NCBI GenBank assembly: GCA_048941265.1
Contig: JBHLNT010000010.1
Coordinates: forward strand, 1-55,907
Direction of reading: 5' to 3'
DNA: 55,907 nt
Source: Promethearchaeota archaeon
Lineage (GTDB): Archaea > Asgardarchaeota > Lokiarchaeia > Sigyniarchaeales > SOKP01
Shown: positions 1 through 10,096 of the stretch, in pieces
How positions within the stretch are numbered: position 1 is the stretch's first letter
Layout: each line of letters starts with the position of its first letter
The notes under the pieces: model-generated
What the model saw: the letters and a program-made list of their open reading frames with translations, nothing else
Database searches by the model: none
Told to the model about the DNA's origin: nothing
Made by a program: the position numbers and the translations under genes

Positions 1-251
1 ACTTTTTGAGAGTCAGCATGAACTAATAGCAAAATCTGAGAATAACAGCCGATTCCAATTACTAACGGATATAAATTCGGATCTAACTTTAAATCCTCAA
101 AAACACGAGTGTAAATATGTCCAATTATCCCATATCCGCAACCAGCACAAAATCTTGAAGAATAAGTGTTTAATATGCGGCCAGCATATGAATCCAGAAC
201 ATAAGGATGTTCTGGCTTCTCACTCGGATACATTGGAAGTTCTCCCGACAT
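1..251 (-). CDS. korB: 2-oxoacid:ferredoxin oxidoreductase beta subunit, N-terminal part (runs off the window)
   Basis: Not in the ORF track. Manual translation from ATG at 251, which overlaps the alpha-subunit stop (TAATG): MSGELPMYPSEKPEHPYVLDSYAGRILNTYSSRFCAGCGYGIIGH...VIGIGCYSQ. This contains the beta-subunit CxGCG and GIGC motifs. Substrate not determinable. Confidence 0.9.
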   Translation of the reverse strand, partial: MSGELPMYPSEKPEHPYVLDSYAGRILNTYSSRFCAGCGYGIIGHIYTRVFEDLKLDPNLYPLVIGIGCYSQILLLVHADSQK

Positions 252-1429
252 TATTGTGCCACCTCCCTTATTGCTTTTAAAATATCATCTGGATGATGAA
301 ACACCGCTACTTGAGGAACTTTAATGATAGGAGTTCCAAGTGGAGTTACTCGTTCAACTTGCTCCGCAATAATTCCAGTGTAATTTAATTCGGGAACAAT
401 AATGGCTTTAGCATTTTTTACTACTTCTTTTACTTGTTCATCTGGAAAGGGCCAGACAGTAATTAATCTAAAAGCTCCCACTTTAATTCCCTCTTCACGT
501 GCAATTTCAATTGCTCTATAACTTACTCTTACAGGTAGACCATAAGCAATTATAACGATTTCAGCATCATCTAACTTATATTTTTCAGTGAGACAAATCT
601 TGTCCTTGTTTGTTTTAATTTTATCAACTATAGTCTGTACAAAGCGCATTGGATCAGGTGATAAAATTCCTTCAGGACCGTGGGGAGTATGTAAAAACAT
701 GCCTGGAACATAATTTGTTCCCATTATAGGGGGTTTAGGAATCACATATTCATTTTTGACGGTGTCTAAGTAGGAAAATACCCGAGGGGTAATCTCTTCG
801 GGTGGAGGGACCTCTCGTTTTATTACCTTATTTAATATCTCTTCTTTTGGCGGGATTTCAACTACTTCATGTAAATGTCCTAAATAAGCATCAGATAAAA
901 TAAATACGGGGCAACGATATGTCTCAGCATAATTAAATGCAGTGATTGTTAAATCAAAGAGTTCTTGGCAATTCATTGGAGCTAATGCTATTACTTCAAA
1001 CTCACCATTTCCAGAAAATCGTACAAGTCCTAGATCGTTATGATGAGGATCTGTTACGCTTCCAGTACCAGGACCACAGCGCTGTACATCGCAAAACACA
1101 AAAGGAATCTCGAGATTTGCTGCCATTGAGATAGTTTCTACCATTAATGAAAGTCCTGGTCCAGAAGTTGCAGTCATAGCCTTTGCACCAACCAATGATG
1201 CGCCCATAACTGAATTAATTGATGCTAATTCATCTTCCATTTGCATGCAGACACCCCCAACTTGAGGCAACCTTTTTGCAAGATGTTCAATTACCTCAGT
1301 ACTTGGAGTTATGGGATACCCTCCAAAAAATCTTAAACCAGCGGAGAGAGCTCCCTCGGCCATAGCTTCATTGCCCATCATTAAATGCCTGCCAGGTTTT
1401 AGAAATCTATTACCATTTTCATTATTCAT
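251..1429 (-). CDS. korA: 2-oxoacid:ferredoxin oxidoreductase alpha subunit
   Basis: Motifs GNEA, GYPITPSTE, QMEDE, TATSGPG, DVQRCGPGTG. Start moved to ATG 1429 (MNNENG), preceded by GGAGG; the track start at 1576 overlaps the delta gene. Confidence 0.92.
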   Translation of the reverse strand: MNNENGNRFLKPGRHLMMGNEAMAEGALSAGLRFFGGYPITPSTEVIEHLAKRLPQVGGVCMQMEDELASINSVMGASLVGAKAMTATSGPGLSLMVETISMAANLEIPFVFCDVQRCGPGTGSVTDPHHNDLGLVRFSGNGEFEVIALAPMNCQELFDLTITAFNYAETYRCPVFILSDAYLGHLHEVVEIPPKEEILNKVIKREVPPPEEITPRVFSYLDTVKNEYVIPKPPIMGTNYVPGMFLHTPHGPEGILSPDPMRFVQTIVDKIKTNKDKICLTEKYKLDDAEIVIIAYGLPVRVSYRAIEIAREEGIKVGAFRLITVWPFPDEQVKEVVKNAKAIIVPELNYTGIIAEQVERVTPLGTPIIKVPQVAVFHHPDDILKAIREVAQ

Positions 1430-1442
1430 GTGATTTACCTCC

Positions 1443-1718
1443 TTATGTTTTGGCTTTTCCAGCCGAATTTTCTGCACCTTCTTCAATGATATAAATTGCC
1501 CAGTCCGGACAACCAAGTTCACACCGCCTACACATTGTACAATACTTTTCTTTGCCTTCCTTGACTCTGGGAACATAAGCTATTCGCATATTTAATTCAT
1601 CTCCGATCTCTAATATTCCCGTAGGACACACTGCAACACATATTTCACAGCCACCACATCGATCTTTATTAAAAAATAAGGAAAAATTTTTTTCTTTGTT
1701 TTCGATTAATTTTGGAAT
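1443..1718 (-). CDS. korD: 2-oxoacid:ferredoxin oxidoreductase delta subunit (2x[4Fe-4S] ferredoxin), probable ATT start
   Basis: The frame extends upstream of the track start: IPKLIENKEKNFSLFFNKDRCGGCEICVAVCPTG...CTMCRRCELGCP, giving two complete CxxCxxCxxxCP motifs. An in-frame TAA lies immediately before ATT at 1718, with GGAGTTGA upstream. Confidence 0.85.
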   Translation of the reverse strand: MPKLIENKEKNFSLFFNKDRCGGCEICVAVCPTGILEIGDELNMRIAYVPRVKEGKEKYCTMCRRCELGCPDWAIYIIEEGAENSAGKAKT

Positions 1719-1767
1719 TTATATCAACTCCATTTAAGATTATTTAATATGAATTAATGTTTGACTC

Positions 1768-1780
1768 ATTATAAATTTCG
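1768..1780 (-). promoter_or_regulatory. Archaeal BRE-TATA promoter of the korDAB operon
   Basis: Minus strand reads CGAAA-TTTATAAT, about 50 nt upstream of the korD start. Confidence 0.6.
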
Positions 1781-1837
1781 ATTTAATATAAATTAAGAAT
1801 TTCCATTTAAAATAGAATTAAGAAATAATTAGACTTA

Positions 1838-3019
<1,182 letters not shown>

Positions 3020-3308
3020 AATAATCACTTAACTCATTGGTTATTAACTATAAATTAAATATTGATTTTTGACATTATAAAAGTTACAATATTTAAATAA
3101 TGCTGAAAGCGAAAAACAATTCTCGATAAAAAACATTTTTGTTTTATCTTAAAATATAAAAGTTTTAAGCCAATTTTAAAGGGGAAAGAAATTTTTTTTA
3201 AGAATTTTGATTTTTAAAAAGATTTAAGAATAAATTTATCTTAAAAATAATTATCTTAAAATTTAGTAATTTATGTATTAAATTAAAAGAGTTAAAAAGG
3301 CGAATGAA

Positions 3309-3710
3309 ATGCGAATGCCGGATTTATTAGAAAAAGTCGGTCCATTTATTGTTCTAATTGGCGTAATATTATCATTTTTTCTATTTGTTTTTTTTCTTAT
3401 ATGGAGCTCTGAAATAAGTTCAGGATATTATCTCATTATATCTTTATTCTATTTGACCCTTGGGATACTTGCTGCTATATTTGGGATATTTCTTGATCTT
3501 AAAGGTAAAAAATATGGAAATATCTTGCCCATAATTCTCGGATCATATATGTTATATGTTACCATTAGCAATTTAATTGCTCACGGTCATGTGTCTTTTA
3601 GATGGGGTATGAATATTGAATTTTTTCTAATAACTACACTTCTATGTGTGATAGGAGGTTGTATAATCAATCTGATAATATTTTTTTACAGACGACGAAT
3701 GACAAAATAA
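3309..3710 (+). CDS. Small membrane protein of unknown function, about 4 TM helices
   Basis: Four hydrophobic segments and a basic C-terminal tail (YRRRMTK). Confidence 0.7.
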   Translation: MRMPDLLEKVGPFIVLIGVILSFFLFVFFLIWSSEISSGYYLIISLFYLTLGILAAIFGIFLDLKGKKYGNILPIILGSYMLYVTISNLIAHGHVSFRWGMNIEFFLITTLLCVIGGCIINLIIFFYRRRMTK

Positions 3711-3827
3711 AATAGTAAATATAGCGATAGTTGAGATTTCATTCTATATTTATATTTTTTTATATCCTTTTAAAATTTTAATCAACTGTTGGTATAATAA
3801 AAATTCAAGATTTTTCATATTATAATA

Positions 3828-6797
3828 TTATTTTAGGACTTTTACACCTCTTCTTTCCAAAATTTCTATGGTCTCTGGAATGGTTTTTAATTTATTACGT
3901 CTAATATTTAATCTTTTAAGGGATTCTAAGTTTTCTATTGATTTTGGAAGTGTTGTCAGTTTATTCCTCCATAAATTTAGTGTTTCCAATAATTGAAGTT
4001 CTCCTATTGATTCTGGGAGGGAAGTTAATTGATTATACCCTAAATCTAGATTTTTAAGTAAAATAAGGTTCCCAATTGAATCTGGAAGACTCTCCAATCG
4101 ATTTTCTGCCAGGTAAAGCGTTTGAAGTGCTTGTAGTTTTCCTATAGATTCAGGAAGAGTTAAGAGACCACCCCTATAAAGAGCGATTTCATTAACTTGA
4201 TTGTTTTCAACTGTAAAACTCCTTCTAGTCAAGTCAGAAATATTAGACTTTGAATATTTCAATTTTTTACCTATTAATTTTTCTATATCTTTAAGGATAT
4301 AAATATCATTAGAGACGATATGGGCATCTCTGAAGATAATTATTTTATCTTTCTGAGCTTCTTCAAAAGGAATCCAGAATTGCTTAGTTTCTTCATCCCA
4401 AAACGCAAACTTTTCAAGACTTAATTTAACAATTTCAAAAGGTGCTTTAATTTCTTTCGATAGATCATTGACCGATGCAAGGATTTTTTCTTGAAGAATT
4501 GGCTTAAGAATTGGTATAAGTTCAGTTACTTGTTTTTCAGTTTCCATCTTTGCTACTTTTTCTTCATATTCTCGTGCTATACGAGCCTTAACCTGACCTT
4601 CTACATAAGGTTCCCCTTCTATGGTAATTTTCAATCCTTTATTGATTAAGGTTAGAATACCATCATCAGTTACAAATGAATCATTCGAAAAGTTAATATT
4701 TACTAAATTCGGGAAGTATGTGATTGTATTAGGAACTTTTTCTAAATATATTGAAGATAGATCTAGAGTATCTACAGAACCTTGATTATTTACATCAAAC
4801 TCATTAGAATTAAAGTCTTTGTTTAACTCTTTTTGAAGTTTTTCAAGTACTTCAATTTCACTAACTTTTACTGCTTTTTTTTTAAAAATTACCCTTTTTT
4901 CTTCTGGAACAATAATTTCTTTAGGTTTGGGTTCGATTAAAGTTTGGGGTTTAGTTTCAGGCAAAATTTGAGGCATTGGTTCAGATATGGATTTAATTGG
5001 CTTTTTAGGCAGAAGTCCTGCGAGTTGTGCCATATGTTCCAAGTGGGGTTGGTAAAGTTTATTAAGCATAAAAGTAATCGCGGCTAAACCTTCTTTTTCT
5101 TGAATTAATCCAGCACTTCTTACAAGTCTATAATTCTGCACATCTTTAGAGAGATCATCTAAATCATCTTCGGTTAATTCATTTCCTTTTTCAGCAAATA
5201 ATTTCGTTAACCTAACGATGTAATTTTTTCTTCTCCCGAAAATTCCTAAACGCCCTATTATACTTTTTTCCGGTGGATCCCCTTCTTTTCCTAAGAATAT
5301 ATCTTGAAATTGGATGGGATTGCGTGGATTAGGGAGATATCCATAACTTTTATAATATTCGGAAAATAATCTTAGAAGAATAGGGCGTTTTGCCATATCT
5401 CGTAACTGTTCATCATGAAAAACTTCACGTGAAATTTGATATCTTTTTATAACTTTATTAAATTCATAATCATTGAATATTCCTAGATAAAGAGAAGGGA
5501 TACATGATACACCTCTCATTTGGAAAGTCTCTCCGGCAGAATGTTTAAAGCAAAGCTCATTTATATCTGAATGTAATTCACGAATTTTGTATTCACGGGC
5601 CCAATCAGAATCTCTACAAGTAAGCACAACCGGAATTTCATTCTTAGCTAAATCTGAAATAAAATTCAATGAAGATTTAATATCATCTGGTTTTATCTCA
5701 TCCAATCCGTCAAAAAATAGAATCGGTCTAAGTCCTGATGTAATACTTGCCCTCTTTAGGTTATGAATGGCAGAACTTCCATCTGATGCGTTAAAATATC
5801 CCTGTAATTGTTTCTGTAAATTTGATTTTAAAGGTATGAAAAATGGAACTAAATTTTTAGTCTCTTCAAAATCGAATTCGTTATTCGATAATTTACCGAC
5901 CCAGTAAGCCGAAGTCCATGTTTTACCCATTCCAGCACCTGATAATACAAGGAATATATATTCTGTAGAGAAGGGGGAGGATAAATTTCTTAAAAAATCT
6001 CTAAATGCATTATCAACCTCAATTCGGGGTTCGAATAAGTCGGGATTAAAATTGATGTCAAAACGGCTGCTATAATTAGTACTTGAAAGTTGTGCATTGC
6101 TTAAGACTTTTAAATCTAATTTTGATATAGTTTCACTAGAGAATATACTTTCTACACTCTTTATTAATCCTTTATCGATTCTATTTTCAAATATTATTAG
6201 CCTTTTCAAAATTTCATCGATTTTTTGAGTTTGAGTCTTTATCGAACTTTTTATCTCATTAAATCCGGCTTCCATATCTAAGTGAAATTGATTTATTAAT
6301 TCTTCGTTTTCAGCTTTCCATTCTTCCATAAGATAGGAAATTTGGTCCGGAAATTTTTTTATATACGCTAATGCATCATTAAGTGTATCATTGAGTGGTC
6401 TTAGCAGCGTACCAACAACCATCTCTATCTGTTCTTTAGATGTTTCTGTGGATTCTCTCAATATATCTTTTAATTCATCCTGTAGGAGATCTAATGATAG
6501 TTCTGAAATAGTTTTAGTACAAATAGAATATAAAAGTTCATCGCTAATTTGGATAGGAACAGAGGATTTATTCATTTTATCTTTTAAAAATTGATACAAT
6601 GCAGCACCGGCGGGAGGAAAAAAAATTCCCGATGCCCATCCGACAGCAATCGGAATTATTGTCTTAAAACCTTTTTTCACTATCCCTCGTAGTTTTGTCC
6701 ATCTAGATGGGCTTTCTTGTATAGAGATATAATTTGGATCGCTCATAATACTATTTAAAGTTGTTATAGAATTTATATGTTTTTGTATAATACTCAT
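3828..6797 (-). CDS. NLR-like protein: N-terminal helical region + NACHT-type STAND NTPase + C-terminal leucine-rich repeats
   Basis: Walker A FLVLSGAGMGKT, Walker B ILFFDGLDE, sensor-1 VVLTCR, RPILLRL motif, Pro-rich linker, then LRRs. Confidence 0.85.
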   Translation of the reverse strand: MSIIQKHINSITTLNSIMSDPNYISIQESPSRWTKLRGIVKKGFKTIIPIAVGWASGIFFPPAGAALYQFLKDKMNKSSVPIQISDELLYSICTKTISELSLDLLQDELKDILRESTETSKEQIEMVVGTLLRPLNDTLNDALAYIKKFPDQISYLMEEWKAENEELINQFHLDMEAGFNEIKSSIKTQTQKIDEILKRLIIFENRIDKGLIKSVESIFSSETISKLDLKVLSNAQLSSTNYSSRFDINFNPDLFEPRIEVDNAFRDFLRNLSSPFSTEYIFLVLSGAGMGKTWTSAYWVGKLSNNEFDFEETKNLVPFFIPLKSNLQKQLQGYFNASDGSSAIHNLKRASITSGLRPILFFDGLDEIKPDDIKSSLNFISDLAKNEIPVVLTCRDSDWAREYKIRELHSDINELCFKHSAGETFQMRGVSCIPSLYLGIFNDYEFNKVIKRYQISREVFHDEQLRDMAKRPILLRLFSEYYKSYGYLPNPRNPIQFQDIFLGKEGDPPEKSIIGRLGIFGRRKNYIVRLTKLFAEKGNELTEDDLDDLSKDVQNYRLVRSAGLIQEKEGLAAITFMLNKLYQPHLEHMAQLAGLLPKKPIKSISEPMPQILPETKPQTLIEPKPKEIIVPEEKRVIFKKKAVKVSEIEVLEKLQKELNKDFNSNEFDVNNQGSVDTLDLSSIYLEKVPNTITYFPNLVNINFSNDSFVTDDGILTLINKGLKITIEGEPYVEGQVKARIAREYEEKVAKMETEKQVTELIPILKPILQEKILASVNDLSKEIKAPFEIVKLSLEKFAFWDEETKQFWIPFEEAQKDKIIIFRDAHIVSNDIYILKDIEKLIGKKLKYSKSNISDLTRRSFTVENNQVNEIALYRGGLLTLPESIGKLQALQTLYLAENRLESLPDSIGNLILLKNLDLGYNQLTSLPESIGELQLLETLNLWRNKLTTLPKSIENLESLKRLNIRRNKLKTIPETIEILERRGVKVLK
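3863..4196 (-). repeat. Five tandem 23-aa leucine-rich repeats (coding)
   Basis: ...LLTLPESIG / KLQALQTLYLAENRLESLPDSIG / NLILLKNLDLGYNQLTSLPESIG / ELQLLETLNLWRNKLTTLPKSIE / NLESLKRLNIRRNKLKTIPETIE. Confidence 0.9.
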
Positions 6798-6927
6798 AGT
6801 AATAAACCTTTTTCTTCCGAAACTAAAAATCGAAATAAAAATTTCAAAAAAAATTAAATTTAAACTATGGAAGAACTGGTTTAAAAATTCTTTTGGATAC
6901 TGGTTCTTTTAATCTTCATGTTAGATC

Positions 6928-8562
6928 TTATTCTTTTTCAATCTCTTTTGAATAAGATTTAAGCTCATCCTTCTCTTTATAGAATATAATATTTTTCAGC
7001 CAATTTTTATCATCTTGGTATGGATAATCTTCCCTATAATGAGCTCCTCTGCTTTCAGTTCTTATTAAAGATGCTCTTACAACAAGTTCACTGACCTCAA
7101 TCATATTCAATGTTTCTAATGCCCCTTTTAAATGGCGATAAGTTTTTTCCGGTAATTTTATCTTCTCCTTTTTGAGTTTTATAATTGACTCTAAAGCTAA
7201 ATTGAGATTTTTCTCATTTTTTATAATCCAAGCGTAGTTACTCATTATCTCTTTAATTTTTTCCTTGACTTCGCTATAATTAACTCCATCAGCTCTCTCA
7301 TATATCTCATAAAGTGATTTTTCCTTTTGCTCAATAATTTCATGGGGCAGTTTTTTATGAGATACTGATTTGGCAAATTCAGCCGCGTTCTGTCCAGCAA
7401 TTTTGCCAAAAACTTGAGTGGCCGTTAATGAATTTCCTCCGAGTCTATTTGCTCCATGAACACCACCCACAACTTCTCCCACCGCATAGAGTCCTTTAAT
7501 ATTTGTTTCACATCGCTCGTTTACAATTAAACCCCCCATTTGATGGTGACATCCTGGTGCCCATTCAATCCCTATTTTTGTGGCATCTAATCCTTGCCTA
7601 TCATACGCATGATAAATCTTAGGCATCAAAGATTTTAATAAACTCCACGGTATAGGTGAAATATCCATGATCACACCCCCATGAGACGTACCTCTTCCCG
7701 CCTGTATTTCTTTAAACACGCATATACTAGCTACATCACGAGTAACATCTTCCATTTTTTCTGGCTCATATCTCTCCATGAATCGCTCTTTGAGTCCGTT
7801 ATAAAATTTAGCTCCAAATTTTACGAAACCATCGAAAGGAGGAGCAAGACCCCTAATCGCCTCTGGATATATTACACAAACCATAGCCTGAGTGAATTCC
7901 ATATCCATAAGCTCCGCTCCTACACTCAATCCCATAACATAACCGTCTCCAGTAGCTCCCGGAGGCATCGAAGTGAGCTTAAATATCTGTCCTAAACCCC
8001 CCGTAGCTAAAATAATGGCTTTAGTAGAAAAAACGAAAAATTCACCTGTAATATAGTTGAATCCAATTGCCCCTATAACAGAATTATTGACCCTTAATAA
8101 ATCTGTAATCATAATCTGCTCCCAGATTTTAATCGGGGTTTCTTTTACTTCAGAAACTAATCCTTTCATGAAATTATGATCAACTGTAAGAGCTGCGCGA
8201 GGTTTTGACGTACCGGTAGGATGGCCGATGTAAAGAATACCTTTATTAGTTTTTCTGAATTCTGTACCAAAATTATTTAGATCCTCAAATACGTTTTTTG
8301 ATTCATTCGCCAAAATTCGAGCTAACTTTCTATTATTTAGAAAATAGCCTCCACTAATAATATCTTGATAAAATATCTCGGGATTATCATCCTCTCTTAA
8401 TACTGCAGCCATAGAACCCATTGCTATAGGCGTGGTGCCTGATGGAAATCTTCCTTTTATTACCATTGCTACGTTCACGGGGAATTTAGAAACTTCTATA
8501 GCAGCTCTTGCTGCTGCACCTCCACCACCGATTATTAAAACATCAGTTTTGATAATTGACAT
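6928..8562 (-). CDS. SdhA/FrdA/NadB/TfrA-family FAD-dependent oxidoreductase, divergent active site
   Basis: DVLIIGGGGAA, LATGG, TGDG, HHQMGG, HGANRLGGNSL, RTESRGAHYREDYP. Lacks the covalent-FAD His and the QFHPT His (reads EFTQAMVC). Confidence 0.88.
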   Translation of the reverse strand: MSIIKTDVLIIGGGGAAARAAIEVSKFPVNVAMVIKGRFPSGTTPIAMGSMAAVLREDDNPEIFYQDIISGGYFLNNRKLARILANESKNVFEDLNNFGTEFRKTNKGILYIGHPTGTSKPRAALTVDHNFMKGLVSEVKETPIKIWEQIMITDLLRVNNSVIGAIGFNYITGEFFVFSTKAIILATGGLGQIFKLTSMPPGATGDGYVMGLSVGAELMDMEFTQAMVCVIYPEAIRGLAPPFDGFVKFGAKFYNGLKERFMERYEPEKMEDVTRDVASICVFKEIQAGRGTSHGGVIMDISPIPWSLLKSLMPKIYHAYDRQGLDATKIGIEWAPGCHHQMGGLIVNERCETNIKGLYAVGEVVGGVHGANRLGGNSLTATQVFGKIAGQNAAEFAKSVSHKKLPHEIIEQKEKSLYEIYERADGVNYSEVKEKIKEIMSNYAWIIKNEKNLNLALESIIKLKKEKIKLPEKTYRHLKGALETLNMIEVSELVVRASLIRTESRGAHYREDYPYQDDKNWLKNIIFYKEKDELKSYSKEIEKE

Positions 8563-8601
8563 TTTTTTATTGGTTTTATTTTATTATATCTATTATTTAA
8601 T

Positions 8602-9831
8602 TTAGATCTTCTTATCCCTAGGCCTCATTCCGAAGATAAAACGCGTTATATTATTCGTCTTTACTAATTCGCATAAAAGAACTGTTATTAATAGCGCAGA
8701 GGTGCTAATGACTAAATATTTAACTAAGATATTTGCGTCCATTTGTACAATATAGAATCCGATTATTATAATTACTGTCTCATGCAAAATGTAAAAAGGT
8801 AATGCGATTTCGCTGAGGTGATCTATTAAAGAGGATTGTTTGTTCAGATACGTCCGTCCGTAACCTAAAATAGCAATTAACCAACACCAACTGCAAAGTG
8901 AGAAAAGGCCCCAAAATATGGAATAACCTATAAAAGCACCCACACTAGTTGAGGATCCTGAGGAAGAGTTCGGTGAAGTATTAATACTTATATAAATTAA
9001 TAGAATGAATAACGCTATTATAACACCCAAAGTTAAGGCCATTCTTTTATTGCGAGCAATTGAATGCTCAAAACGGGTATCAAACATAATTAAAAAGCCA
9101 AATATAAAGATTGTAAGAAAAAAAAGGATACTTGCCCAATCATTAAAGAATCCATAACTATCATAAAATATCCCTCGCAAACTAATATTAATTATTATTA
9201 ATGGTATTACTAGTTGGAATATTCTCCTACCTCTCTCAAAATAAGCCCCTAAATGATTAACAATTTGCTTACCCTTTTCTTTTTTGAGGCATAGGAATAA
9301 AGGTAATGCTACTAACGATATAAAAAATAAATACAGGAGAAACCAAAGATGATGCCAGCTAAAATTACCATTTGGATAACTACCCGTAAAAAATTGAGGG
9401 TAAAACTCAATATATGAACCGTTAAAGTTAATTGGGCTCCATCTGGTTTCACACCACCAAGCAAGTCGTTCAAAATAGACTTGAGGGGGAACAACAATTA
9501 AAATTCCAAGGAGAAAGGGTATGAATAACCTTTTAAAACGTTCTTTTAAATATTGCTTATCAGTTCGAAAATGGAGAGAGTAAAACGTGCTCATTCCGGC
9601 TAAAAAGAAAAATAGAGGCATATGCCACATATAAATAAAAAAAACAAATAATGCCATTCCCACACTTAATTCATTATTTTGAATATGAAATCCACTCCAT
9701 ATATTAAAAATCATGGCTGTATGAAAATAAATTAACAATATTACAGCGAATACTCGTATGGCGTCGATATCATTCCGACGTTCGGGTTTGTTTTCAAAAT
9801 AATTTTGAATCTCATTATCATTATTTACCAT
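8602..9831 (-). CDS. Acyltransferase-3 family membrane protein (OpgC/MdoC-like)
   Basis: RRNDIDAIRV, YFHTA, HMPLFF, ERFKRLFIP, HHLWFL, PFYILH; about 10 TM segments. Confidence 0.85.
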   Translation of the reverse strand: MVNNDNEIQNYFENKPERRNDIDAIRVFAVILLIYFHTAMIFNIWSGFHIQNNELSVGMALFVFFIYMWHMPLFFFLAGMSTFYSLHFRTDKQYLKERFKRLFIPFLLGILIVVPPQVYFERLAWWCETRWSPINFNGSYIEFYPQFFTGSYPNGNFSWHHLWFLLYLFFISLVALPLFLCLKKEKGKQIVNHLGAYFERGRRIFQLVIPLIIINISLRGIFYDSYGFFNDWASILFFLTIFIFGFLIMFDTRFEHSIARNKRMALTLGVIIALFILLIYISINTSPNSSSGSSTSVGAFIGYSIFWGLFSLCSWCWLIAILGYGRTYLNKQSSLIDHLSEIALPFYILHETVIIIIGFYIVQMDANILVKYLVISTSALLITVLLCELVKTNNITRFIFGMRPRDKKI

Positions 9832-10096
9832 ATTACACTTCTCTTCTAACTTTTTTTTAAGAAAGATTTTTTTATATTTAAAAAATTTCGAAAACTCCTT
9901 TCATTTTTTATTCTTTTATTATTATTTCTCTATTAAAGTTATAATTGGTCTAAATATTATAATAAATTTTGTAAAATTTTGATTTGAACAACATTTTTAT
10001 AGAAAAGCGAGTAATCTTAAATAAATAACTTATCTATATTCAGAAAAATTAAAAGAATTAATTTTATTTTAAGGATAAATTCTTGGATTATGGTTT

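Noticed and set aside
1430-1576. 49-aa N-terminal extension of korA in the track
   Set aside because: It overlaps korD; ATG 1429 has a GGAGG RBS and matches the family N-terminus.
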